From the NCBI GenBank assembly GCA_037447605.1, contig CM074805.1:1707361-1771360 (forward strand): 64,000 nucleotides of DNA. The letters are read 5' to 3'. The translations under genes were made by a program, and so were the position numbers. Below the pieces are notes generated by a model that worked only from the letters and a program-made list of their open reading frames with translations, did no database searches and was not told the DNA's origin. This document shows, one piece after another, positions 43,401 through 53,167 of the stretch (within the stretch, counting starts at the first letter, position 1; each line of letters opens with the position of its first letter). This DNA is from Zygnema circumcarinatum SAG 698-1b. Lineage: Eukaryota; Plantae; Zygnematophyceae.

Positions 43401-45198
43401 ACTCCGATAACAACTTTTGAATGCTAGGGGAGATGGTATGTATGGTGATGGCTGCGATGGTATCCCCTCATTGATGAACTCACTTGCCTTGATGCTAAAG
43501 GCTCGCTTTCATGGGGGCTGGTACAGGAAACGAATTTTTTAAGAAGATGCTCTATCCAGAGGCTATCAAGCACTATACAGAGGCCATCAGACGGAATCCG
43601 CAAGATGTGAAGGTGAGTTGCTTCTCCCTTAGGCTGCAAAATAAGGAGCAGCCGGACTAGCGGTATCTGTAGCAGAGTTTCTATATGTCCTTCCAATTGC
43701 ACCTGGGACTCTCTGGAGTGAGGGCTTCTTCAAATCTTTTTCAAATTTTTTTTGTACAATTCTTTGGAGGGATGAAGCTACTGAAGTCGGAACCTGCAGC
43801 TTATGAGTTAATGCGGAAGTGACAATGGCTCTATTTCCTTTTGGTGATCGTATGGGTTGATAAAGTAGCTTATTGAGGAAGTAGCACAGAGGGGCCAACC
43901 CTGACGGTGGTCTTTCGAGCAACTTTTTCCCACTGCGCTGAATTGAAAACCATGTTGATCGGAATGAATGCATGGCATGCGTGTCTGGCTGGAGCAGCCC
44001 TAGTTAGTGGGCACGGCGCAAGGTGATGATGGCTTAGACGAACGATTCTTAATAGACCATTTATGGTCTTGTGGGTTGAGAATTGCACGCTGAGCTTTGA
44101 GCCGTGTCCATAGGGCATGTCTTTTGTTGTGAGCGCTGTTGTGAAATTGAGTGAAATTAAACGAGTGTAAGTTGTGAGTTCCCCGCAGCACATCAAACTC
44201 TGTTATGGTTTTCCACGAATACGACGTGACGAGAACTCACTTTCGTGCACTTTCGTTGTATATACACTGAGAACGCATCAATATCTTAAGTGTAGTTTAA
44301 CTCGATTTGTGTTCGTCCTGTTGCTGCAGTCTTACAGCAATCGGGCTGCATCATACACGAAGTTGGCTGCACTTCCTGAAGGACTCAAGGATGCCGAGAA
44401 ATGTATAGCCTTGGATCCGAAGTTTGTGAAAGGCTACTTGCGCAAGGGATCTGTGCAATACTTCATGAAGGAATACGACAAGGCTCTCGAGACGTACAGA
44501 GAAGGACTGAAGCTGGAGCCCCAAAATCAGGAGCTTCTGGAGGGAGTGCGCAGGTACAGTTTTGGCCGGAAGGATCAGAAGATGTGCGGAAGTGCAGCAG
44601 GGCATCCGATGATGCTCTTGCGGCAGAGACGAAGTCCGAATGCGTAGAGTTTCAATGGAAAATGTCTTCAAAAGATGAAACTTGTGAAGTAGAGGGATGG
44701 ATAATGCAAAGCCTTCGCTTGCACGTTGTTTAGGCAGAGTTCTTTCTGAAAGTTAACTTGTTCTTGGGGCTGTTTGCCGTTTGTTTGCTACAGCTGCATT
44801 CAGCAGATCAACAAGGCGGGCACAGGCGAGTTGACACCAGAAGAGCTCAAAGAGAGGCAGGCGCGAGGTCTCCAAGATCCGGATATTCAAGCCATCTTAA
44901 CCGACCCCATCATGAGACAGGCATGCTCCCAGACACATAACAGATGCATTTGCAGTTTTTTTGAGCCATTTGAAATGCTTCATGAAGTTTCTGGAGCCGA
45001 TTTACTCTTTAGCAATCCTCAGCAGCCTGAACAGATGAGAAGTTTGAAGAGAGGAGTCAACATGGACAAGGTTTGCGGTTGCAGGTGTTGACTGACTTCC
45101 AGGAGAATCCAAAGGCTGCGGCGGAGCATCAAAAGAACCCCATGATCATGCAGAAAATCCAAAGGCTTGTTAGTGCAGGAATTGTACAAGTTCGTTGA
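40439..45198 (+). CDS. HOP: Hsp70-Hsp90 organising protein (HOP/STI1), TPR1-DP1-TPR2A-TPR2B-DP2
   Basis: MAEEAKAKGNKAFSGGQYEEAIKHFTDAIELAPDNHVLYSNRSASYA; KEKEAGNTAYKKKEFETAIEHY; ALTEHRNPDTLKRL; YSNRAASYTKL; DPDIQAILTDPIMRQ|VLTDFQENP...AGIVQVR*. Confidence 0.95.
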
Positions 45199-46264
45199 TT
45201 GCAAGACTGGCGCTTTCTCATTCAGCTTGAGCGTGCAAATACATTTTGTGGATGGAGGTGGACTCTGCGGCGACACCTCTTGACAACCTGTGCATTTAGT
45301 AGAGGCAGAGGTCGGCATAGGAGCTAGGGTGGGAAACTTGTTGTATGTGGTAGTACGTGAACTAAAGGCTCAGTGGAGTTGTGGTAGATAATCGCTTGCG
45401 AGTGGGGTTCTATGTTGCCACGCCCCCTCCCAACTTGGGTTCTTGCCAGGAGAGTAGGGAATAGTCCGCTGCCTCTTTAGTGACTGCTTGTTCTCTATAG
45501 CTGGCTTTGATAGGATTGCATTGGATTGTGGAATCGGAGGAACCATGGAAGCATACTTCCTATTCTTCTGGTGACCGGTTCTATCTGTTTGTACGGCTTT
45601 TAGAGATTTCATGAAAAACTCGTGTTGATGCTGGCTCTTCAGGCAAAGGGTCTTGTAGCATCCCATTGCAACTGAACTCTGTTTTCCCCTCTTGCTGTCA
45701 AAGCGGGAGAAACTTCACACTACAAAAATGTTTACATTGTATGCCAGCTCCTTGGTGTCTCCAGCCTCGTTCTCTGATGCGCCTCTACTATACCATGTAT
45801 GGTTTGTGTGGCTCCTAGAGGTCCAGACTGGTCTCCTACTTAGTTTTTCGTTACCATGACAGGCTCGACATCTCACGCTCTGTACCTTGAATAGTAGCGC
45901 CATAGCTAGATTTGCTATGAAGAAGAACTGGTTTCCAGATTCTCTCTGGCTGCCCATCGTGAGATCAATGCAAATTCCTTCACGGTTCTGTGACCTCTCA
46001 ATTCTGTCTGCCGAATTTCAACGCCGATTGATGGATGAGCCTCGCGGAATGGACATGACACCATGACAGAGAACTTGGAATGACATGACGTGGCATGTCG
46101 CATGGGGTGGGCTCATGGCCATGGTCCCATGGCCATGGCCATAGGCTGTAGGCACTAGGCCGTACATCCTATGGGTCAAGACATGACCTTCAAGAGGCAA
46201 AGCCGAGAGATAAACGTGCAATTGATGGTCCATTGCAGGCTATGCCGCGGAGCTGCTGCTGAGT

Positions 46265-46490
46265 CGGAGGGAGGGAGGAGGGAGGCGCGGGAGGAGAGAG
46301 ACAGGGGAGCGGGAGAGGAGGCGAGGGAGGGAGGGTGAAGAGAGGAGAGCAGGAGAGGAGGAGCGGGAGGAGAGAGACAGGGGAGCGGGAGAGGAGGCGG
46401 GGGAGGGAGGGAGAGGAGAGGAGAGCAGGAGAGGAGGAGGAGCGGGAGAAGGGGATAGGAGAAGAGAAAGCGCAGGCGACCGGAGGTGAG
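46265..46490. repeat. Purine-rich degenerate repeat (~75-bp period), probably the 5' leader of the 47348 gene
   Basis: GAGAGACAGGGGAGCGGGAGAGGAGGC occurs twice; followed by a plausible GT donor near 46498. Confidence 0.55.
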
Positions 46491-47347
46491 AGGAGGCGTA
46501 TGTAATGTTTGGGATTTTTGGAGGTGGAATGGAAATACTGTTTGTTTAAGAGCTGATTTCTGCAATTCAGAAATTATGTGTTAAGTATCGCAACAAGGAT
46601 AGGCAAACTTATGGAGAAATAATTTTTAGGAGTAAAATTCTTAATGTTGATACCGGTCTGAAGCGAGCCAAACACGTTTTGTGATAACCTGCAGTATTTG
46701 AACGCTGCCGGAGTGCAGCAAAGCAGAGCAAAATTATATATTAAGGAAAGATAAATATCACCATTTTCTGCAATCTGGTTTCCACAATTTTCCTGAGGTT
46801 TGAATTGAATTGGGAGCTAAGCGTGAGTGCATGCATTGGTGTCCCTCGTTGTATTTAATGCCAAAGAGCTGCATGGGGCACTGTCTGCTGAACGTATTCA
46901 TATTTGGCACATGCATAGCGTGCATGTTTTGCATATGATTAAGTGGAAAGGGGCATTTAGAATATTGTAGGAATGTCCGATTATGTTAGTCAACATTGGT
47001 TTTATTTCAAGGTAAGTATACTTGGGAGGCACTGGCATCATTATACATGATAAACCTTTCAACCCTCCGTTGAGCGTTATATTTTGATATACAAGGCCTC
47101 TCTTTGTCACTATACCAGCTACTATCTGATAGCAGACGTCATACTCAGGACATTTTTTTTTTTTTTTTTTTTTTTTTTACTGATAATGCATTTGACGTGT
47201 GTATCTTCTCATCTCGCTCCAAAGCATCTTGCCAACACAGCTGCTTGACATATCTATCGCTGTCTCCCCTCCTGGCTGCACCTTCGTCCTTCAGACTTCA
47301 ACTAATGATAGGAAAAGCACTTGCGTGTTTCAGGGCGATTCTTTTCC

Positions 47348-48241
47348 ATGGCTGGTGCAGCGCCTGTTCCGGATTTTTCAAGTGTTGGAGCCGCATTCAG
47401 CAAGCTTGGTGAGGAATTTGCCAAGATGGGCTCTTGGCACCAGGTGCCTCCCAAGGAACCAAAGGTACAGCCGCTGCAGACCCTTTCAACGATGGAGACC
47501 GGGGAAGAGGCAGTGATGTTACAGGCAGCAAATGAGACACTGTCAGCCATACACAGGTCGCAAGCAAGCCATGAGAAAATGGTGGAACAAAAGCTCTCGG
47601 CCTTGATATCAGCCGTTGAACGGCTGGAAACAAATCTTCCGAAGCAGATAGCTGTAGAGTAAGTGGACCAGCCATCATTTTCCCTCTCGTCTTCTTCAAT
47701 GGACGATAGTGCGTGGGCAGTGTGTGCTTTGCTGTCCCTTCGATGCATCGTTCTCTGTAAGGGGGGAATGTGGCAAGAAGAGAGTGCTGCAGTTGTTTTG
47801 TTGCCCTTTTGGTACACTTAGAAGTCCTAGCACAGCACGTGCTTTGTTTAAGGTAAGGTGCCTTTTTATGTCGCGGTGATTAGTTAATCAGTTGGCACTG
47901 TGCGATGGTTCATAGCAGCTTCTATGGCTTCTACTAGCTCGCTATGTTTATAATGCTGCTTACATTTCATTTCGTTGGTTTTTCGCAGGTATTCGCAAAT
48001 CAATGCCAGAATGCACAACATGGCCCAATCTGACATTGCGAATGGTCGATTGCTGCCTCTTCCTGATGACCGGGGAACATTTCCAGTCGAGTTTCCAAAG
48101 ACTGCTGTCATATTTGCGCTGATTGACGAAGAGCTGGTCCTGAAGCTGTTGGTGCACTATGGCCTCAGCACAGAGAGCGGAGACCACAAAGAGCGGCGCG
48201 CGAACCTTGCTGCATACTGCGGAGTGCGCCTCCCTTCATGA
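47348..48241 (+). CDS. Uncharacterised ~187-aa protein: N-terminal helix, coiled coil, C-terminal domain resembling fungal Mug135-C; exons 47348-47658 and 47989-48241
   Basis: Canonical GT-AG intron joins GA|G in frame; MAGAAPVPDFSSVGAAFSKLGEEFAKM...LISAVERLETNLPKQIAVEYSQINARMHN...LLPLPDDRGTFPVEFPKT...LKLLVHYGL...ERRANLAAYCGVRLPS*. Family assignment is by recalled motif pattern only. Confidence 0.7.
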
Positions 48242-48271
48242 GGTCATGCTTTTGAGGCGCCTGATAGGGAG

Positions 48272-48612
48272 AGGAAGTGGGAGAGAGGGAGCAGGGGGAG
48301 GGAGAGAAGTGGGAGAGAGGGAGCAGCGGGAGGGAGAGGAGGGAGTGGGAGCGAGGGAGCAGCGGGAGGGAGAGGAGGAAGTGGGAGAGAGGGAGCAGCG
48401 GGAGGGAGAGGAGGGAGTGGGAGAGAGGGAGCAGCGGGAGGGAGAGGAGGAAGTGGGAGGGAGGGAGCAGCGGGAGGGAGAGGAGGGAGTGGGAGAGAGG
48501 GAGCAGCGGGAGGGAGAGGAGGGAGTGAGAGAGAGGGAGCAGCGGGAGGGAGAGGAGGAAGTGGGAGGGAGGGAGCAGCGGGAGGGAGAGGTGGAAGTGG
48601 GAGAGAGGGAGA
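48272..48612. repeat. 36-bp minisatellite (GTGGGAGAGAGGGAGCAGCGGGAGGGAGAGGAGG(G/A)A), ~9-10 copies
   Basis: 12-codon periodicity visible in the spurious ORFs (GEREQREGEEGV)n; starts ~30 nt after the 48241 stop. Confidence 0.9.
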
Positions 48613-48862
48613 GGGGGCATACTACATCAGCGGAGGGGATGGTTGAAGTTTTCGGCATTACTTCCGTTGATTGGCCGACGGCCAACATGTGCATAGCGTG
48701 TAGTGCAGATACAAAGTGATACAAGCCACTTTTTTATGTTGTAAATGTGACCGTGTTGTCCTTCAACAGGTTGCTGTTTATGTAAAGAAAAAACGTTTCG
48801 GGGGCCATTGATTTTCTGAGCAGTTGATCTTGGCAGTCCATTGTTGGACCGACCAAAAAAAA

Positions 48863-48890
48863 AAACCCTAAAAACGGCTTCATCTGGGCT
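48863..48890 (+). promoter_or_regulatory. Telo-box (AAACCCTAA) plus site II motif (TGGGCT) upstream of rpl22
   Basis: AAACCCTAA 48863-48871, TGGGCT 48885-48890; further TTAGGGTTAGGG near 49487-49498. The telo-box/site II pairing is established for plant ribosomal-protein promoters. Confidence 0.5.
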
Positions 48891-49685
48891 TCAAGAAAAT
48901 TGAGTCACCAGCTGCGCGTCTTTGGAGTCCTGTGTTCAGCTTTGAGCAAAAAAAAATTAAAAAAAGCGCACCTGCTGCTTTTCAGCTCTCACTCATCAAT
49001 CAAAAAATTCGGGCACGTCACAACCAACGTCCAAAAACACACAAAAAAAAAAATTCCGTCCACGGGCAGCCGATCACCACCCACGATTCCACATTTTTCG
49101 AGGTGCCCGAAGCTCCCGATCCTGCCACGGGCACCACTCAAATTTCTTTTCTGGTCGTCCTGTCCTCTGAGACGAGGCCGCGACGTCGACCGCCCGATGC
49201 TGTCTATCCGCAAATCCGACGGCTCTCCGGCGCCACCCCTCCGCCTGCAGCCCAAAAGGGGGGAAGAAAACAAGGAAGCCTTTCTGCAGCCCTTCTGCGT
49301 GGAGTTCCACGTGGCGGACAGTGAGCGCTTCTAAAGGAGGCCGCCCGACGGAAGTGGCTGCACGCGGCGCAGCGGAGGAGGAAGGTGCGGAGTGGCTCTG
49401 AAAGGGATAATATGTGGCTCGGCGTCATCAATTGTGGGGGGGAAGGACAGATGTTGGGGTAATGGGGTACAAGGTCTGGGAGAAATTAGGGTTAGGGTTA
49501 TGGTTAGAGTTTGGTAGGAGATTTATGAATGCTACTGGGGTCTTTTTGTCTAGATAGAAGATTATCTTGCTTGTAGAATTTATGGTTGTAAGGGTGCCGA
49601 CGACGGCTTGGTCCTGATTCCAAGTTGAGACCCCTTCCTGGTGGTGCAGGTTCTCCTTACTTTTGCCTCCTCTTCCAGTCCTGAC

Positions 49686-50294
49686 ATGGCAGCATCATTA
49701 GTCGCAGGCATGGCATCCATGGCCATTTGCGCTGGCCCTGCAGCTAGCTCTGGGCTTACATTGAGGCAAGATAGGGCGGCTGCAAGCCTGATTGTAAATA
49801 TTGGGCAATTATCTCGCTCAGAATTCATAGGCTCATCAAAGGCGTTATGCAGCTCCGTAGGTTGCAAGAGCAACATGAAACAGCGCCAGGGTTTGTCACA
49901 CGTTTCCCCTATTGCAATGGCCTTGGCGACTGGGGAGGAAGCGGTGGAAACGGAGAAAAGCGCCAGGGCTTTCCTTAAGGGTTTGCGCATGTCCCCAATG
50001 AAGCTTCGCCGGGTGGTGAACCAGGTTCGCGGAAGGACGTACGAGGACATCCTCATGATCTTGCAGTTCATGCCCTACCGCGCCTGCTTGCCTGTGTACG
50101 ACTTGGTGCTCTCTTGTGCTGCCAATGCCGAGAACAATTTGGGCCTCAAAAAGAGCGATCTGTACGTCAGTGAAGCTCTGGTGGATGCAGGGCCCACACT
50201 TAAGAGATTTCAGCCTAGGGCACAGGGCCGAGGGTTTCCAATTCGCAAGAGGACTTGCCGCGTTACCATCATCATGAAGCAGGTTGCAAAATAG
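49686..50294 (+). CDS. rpl22: Nuclear-encoded plastid-type 50S ribosomal protein L22 with N-terminal transit peptide
   Basis: ~90-aa Ala/Ser-rich presequence then ARAFLKGLRMSPMKLRRVVNQVRGR...AANAENN...VDAGPTLKRFQPRAQGRGFPIRKRTCRVTI; PRAQGR is the cyanobacterial/plastid signature; acceptor TGCAG in the 5' leader near 49649. Confidence 0.9.
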   Translation: MAASLVAGMASMAICAGPAASSGLTLRQDRAAASLIVNIGQLSRSEFIGSSKALCSSVGCKSNMKQRQGLSHVSPIAMALATGEEAVETEKSARAFLKGLRMSPMKLRRVVNQVRGRTYEDILMILQFMPYRACLPVYDLVLSCAANAENNLGLKKSDLYVSEALVDAGPTLKRFQPRAQGRGFPIRKRTCRVTIIMKQVAK

Positions 50295-51138
50295 ATGATA
50301 TTTGATAAGGCTGATTATTATGTTAGGGGATGAATCGGAAATTATTCAGGTTGCAGACGCTAGCTGGAGCTCAACGGGTTAATTGAACTCGCATTTGTAG
50401 GTCTGCTTGGCAGGCAAAGGCAAACTTGAGCTCAATTCTTTCGGCATTTCAGATGATGAGGAACTTTGGGTTGGGCCCTTTCGATTTGTTCTGCATTTTG
50501 GCATCTTGAGTGTATGTGGCTGGCTTGTTATTCGTGCTCCTGTTGGGCACTTAGACTGAGCTTTGATGAGGATATTCAGGTAGGACAGATTATTCGTTTC
50601 TCATTGTGGACAGTCCAATAAGTCATGCACATCGTGGCAAAATGATCACAAGCTAGAAACAACAATATGTTATCTGTTATCTTTCGCTTCCTCAAGAGCG
50701 AGTCAAAGAGGCCGATCTCTTTTCTCCTTTTTTTCCAAATCGTACGCCAAGCTTTACTTTAAAAACTTCTCAGGAATTTATCTTGTTGGAGTTTGTTGCA
50801 TTTGACCGTTGCTCCCCATTGGCCAGTGCGACAGACACAGACACACTGACTGACACAGATCCGGTGCACAGATTATACAGTTTCCTGCAATTTGCACGCA
50901 AAAATGGTGCTTGTAGGAAGCATCTTACCCTAAAGCTTCGTAGCAGTCTTCAGTATCACACCAGATAGCGGTTGCAGAAACCGCCATGGCTGCAACAACC
51001 AGGAGCTGCAGCATGCAGGAACTCGGGATCCTACCCATCTACAAAAAAGGCTACCCTCTCTCGCTCTCTCCCCCTCCCTCCCTCTCGCTCTCTCACTCTC
51101 TCTCCCTCTCTCTCTCGCTCTCACTCCCTCATAGTTTG

Positions 51139-51670
51139 CTGACCGTGTGCGCCAACCATTGGCGCAGGGCTGGCCGTGTGCGCCAACCATTCGCACAGGG
51201 TATTGCTGCAGGGCTGACCGTGTGCGCCAACCATTGGCGCAGGGTATTGGTGCAGGGCTGACAGTGTGCGCCAACCATTGGCGCAGGGCTGGCCGTGTGC
51301 GCCAACCATTGGCGCAGGGTATTGGTGACAGGGCTGACCGTGTGCGCCAACCATTGGCGCAGGGTATTGGTGTAGGGCTGACAGTGTGCGCCAACCATTG
51401 GCGCAGGGTGTTGGTGCAAGGCTGGCCGTGTGCGCCAACCATTGGCACAGGGTATTGGTGTCAGAGCTGACCGTATGCGCCAACCACTGGCGCAGGGTTG
51501 GCCGTGTGCGCCAACCATTGGCGCAGGGCTGACCGTGTGCGCCAACCATTGGCGCTGGGCTGGCCGTGTGCGCCAACCATTGGCGCAGGGCTGGCCGTGT
51601 GCGCCAACCACTGGCGCAGGGCTGACAGTGTGCGCCAACCATTGGCGCAGGGCTGGCCGTGTGCGCCAAC
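51139..51670 (+). repeat. Tandem array of 14 full plus 1 partial palindromes TGCGCCAACCATTGGCGCA; 31-bp and 44/45-bp units
   Basis: Palindromes at ~51148, 51179, 51223, 51267, 51298, 51343, 51387, 51431, 51476, 51507, 51538, 51569, 51600, 51631, 51662. Confidence 0.95.
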
Positions 51671-52265
51671 GATCTGGACCGTCAGTTGACAAACAACCAA
51701 CCATTGGATTCAAATTGTCTATCAACCATTGGTTCCGAACCAAGCTAGCCATTGTCAGTGCAACCATGCCAACCGTTGCTAATGGCTACAAATCTTGGTT
51801 CGCGATCTAGCCAACCATTGGCACTGTATGCAACCATTGGATCAATGGTTGCCAGATTGTCAATGCTTCGTCCGAAGTTTCAGTCGGAGTGGACATTTTG
51901 CGCTTTCGAAGTACCGTAGTGGCTGCCAGCCATGAAATGCGTCCAAGTTTGGCAACCATTGCCAATGGTTGGAACCATTGAAAAGCGGACAAGCCAAATC
52001 GGACGTTGGAACCATTGGATTCAATGAATGCCAACCATTGGCAATGGTTCATACCCAACGGTTGAAAAGACTTAATGGGTGCTACCTTCTGTCATATTTT
52101 TACTAGTCGTTTTCCCAGCCAAGTTCATAGCCAATATCAAGTGACTAATGGCGGGCTTTCTTCCACTTTGACCTCAGTGCTGTGTTGCAGTGAGAACTTT
52201 TGCAGCTAGCAGTTAGGGTTTGCTGGAATCTACAGTATTTAGATTTGCTGGATGCTATTGCAGCT

Positions 52266-52439
52266 TGCGCCAATGGTTGGCGCACACGGTCAGCCCTGCA
52301 CCAATACCCTGTTCCAATGGTTGGCGCACACGGTCAGCCCTGCACCAATACCTTGTGCCAATAGTTGGCGCACACGGCCAGCCCTGCGCCAATGGTTGGC
52401 GCACACGGCCAGCCCTGCGCCAATGGTTGGCGCACACGG
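52266..52439 (-). repeat. Five copies of the same unit in inverted orientation
   Basis: TGCGCCAATGGTTGGCGCA-CACGG(T/C)CAGCCC, including two long units carrying TGCACCAATACC. Confidence 0.93.
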
Positions 52440-53167
52440 AGGCGGGATACAGTATTCAAAATGCGGTGACGGGGTATCAGTTTCCTTGGTTAGCAAAAAT
52501 AAAATCAGCCGACGAAAGAAGGTGGGTATCGATTCCAAAAAGGTGTGAAAAAAGCATTTTCCGTTTTTAATCCCTTTTGAAATCTGCCCGGCCGGGAAGG
52601 GGTGTTTGGATCCAAAAAAGGGGTGGAAATAACACTACCCATTTGAAAACGACCGTTGTTTGAATTTTTATGAACTTCATCTCCTTGTCGATGACATGTT
52701 TTAAGCCTCTCTAGCTTTTTCCAGCGGTTTTACAACTCGATGCGCAGAGAAAGAACCACAACCTTTCCCTGCGCGGGGCGATGCCAATTCCCTAACATTG
52801 CCCAGTTCTAATCCAAATACGTCGCCCATACAGTACAAGTCTTGGCCCCATTTCATGCAACATGGTGCAGTCGCGACATGAGGCCTCATGTTGGCGATGT
52901 TGAACATCGCATCCTCCCCAAGTCGCCTCAACATGAGCATGTTCCAGCTTCCAGTTTCCACACGTGCGAGCAGAACCCTCCCTCTGAACGTTTGAAGGTA
53001 CCGTGCCGTACACTCCGCCTTTGCGCTCTCCTCACGTTCGGGCGCTTGCGATGCTCGCCCTCTCCATCTTTCAGGAGAAAGCTTGGGAGGCGAAGCAGGG
53101 AGGAGGAGGAGGTCTAAGGGGGGAGGCAGGCCAGGAAGGAGCCGCTTTGAAGGCTTTGGAGGTCTGA

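Noticed and set aside
50283-50349. Possible 67-nt terminal intron altering the rpl22 C-terminus
   Set aside because: The unspliced frame already ends normally just after the conserved domain; undecidable without reads.
50453-50550. Possible C/D-box snoRNA (ATGATGA...CTGA)
   Set aside because: No terminal stem or recognisable rRNA-antisense element; such boxes arise by chance.
51139-52439. CRISPR array (palindromic repeats separated by spacers)
   Set aside because: Spacers are not unique (two recurring linker types of 12 or 25-26 nt), no cas genes are present, and the context is eukaryotic.
50930-52570. Long ORFs such as 51121-51669 and 51129-51767
   Set aside because: They are translations of the tandem arrays, open in several frames on both strands because the unit lacks stops.
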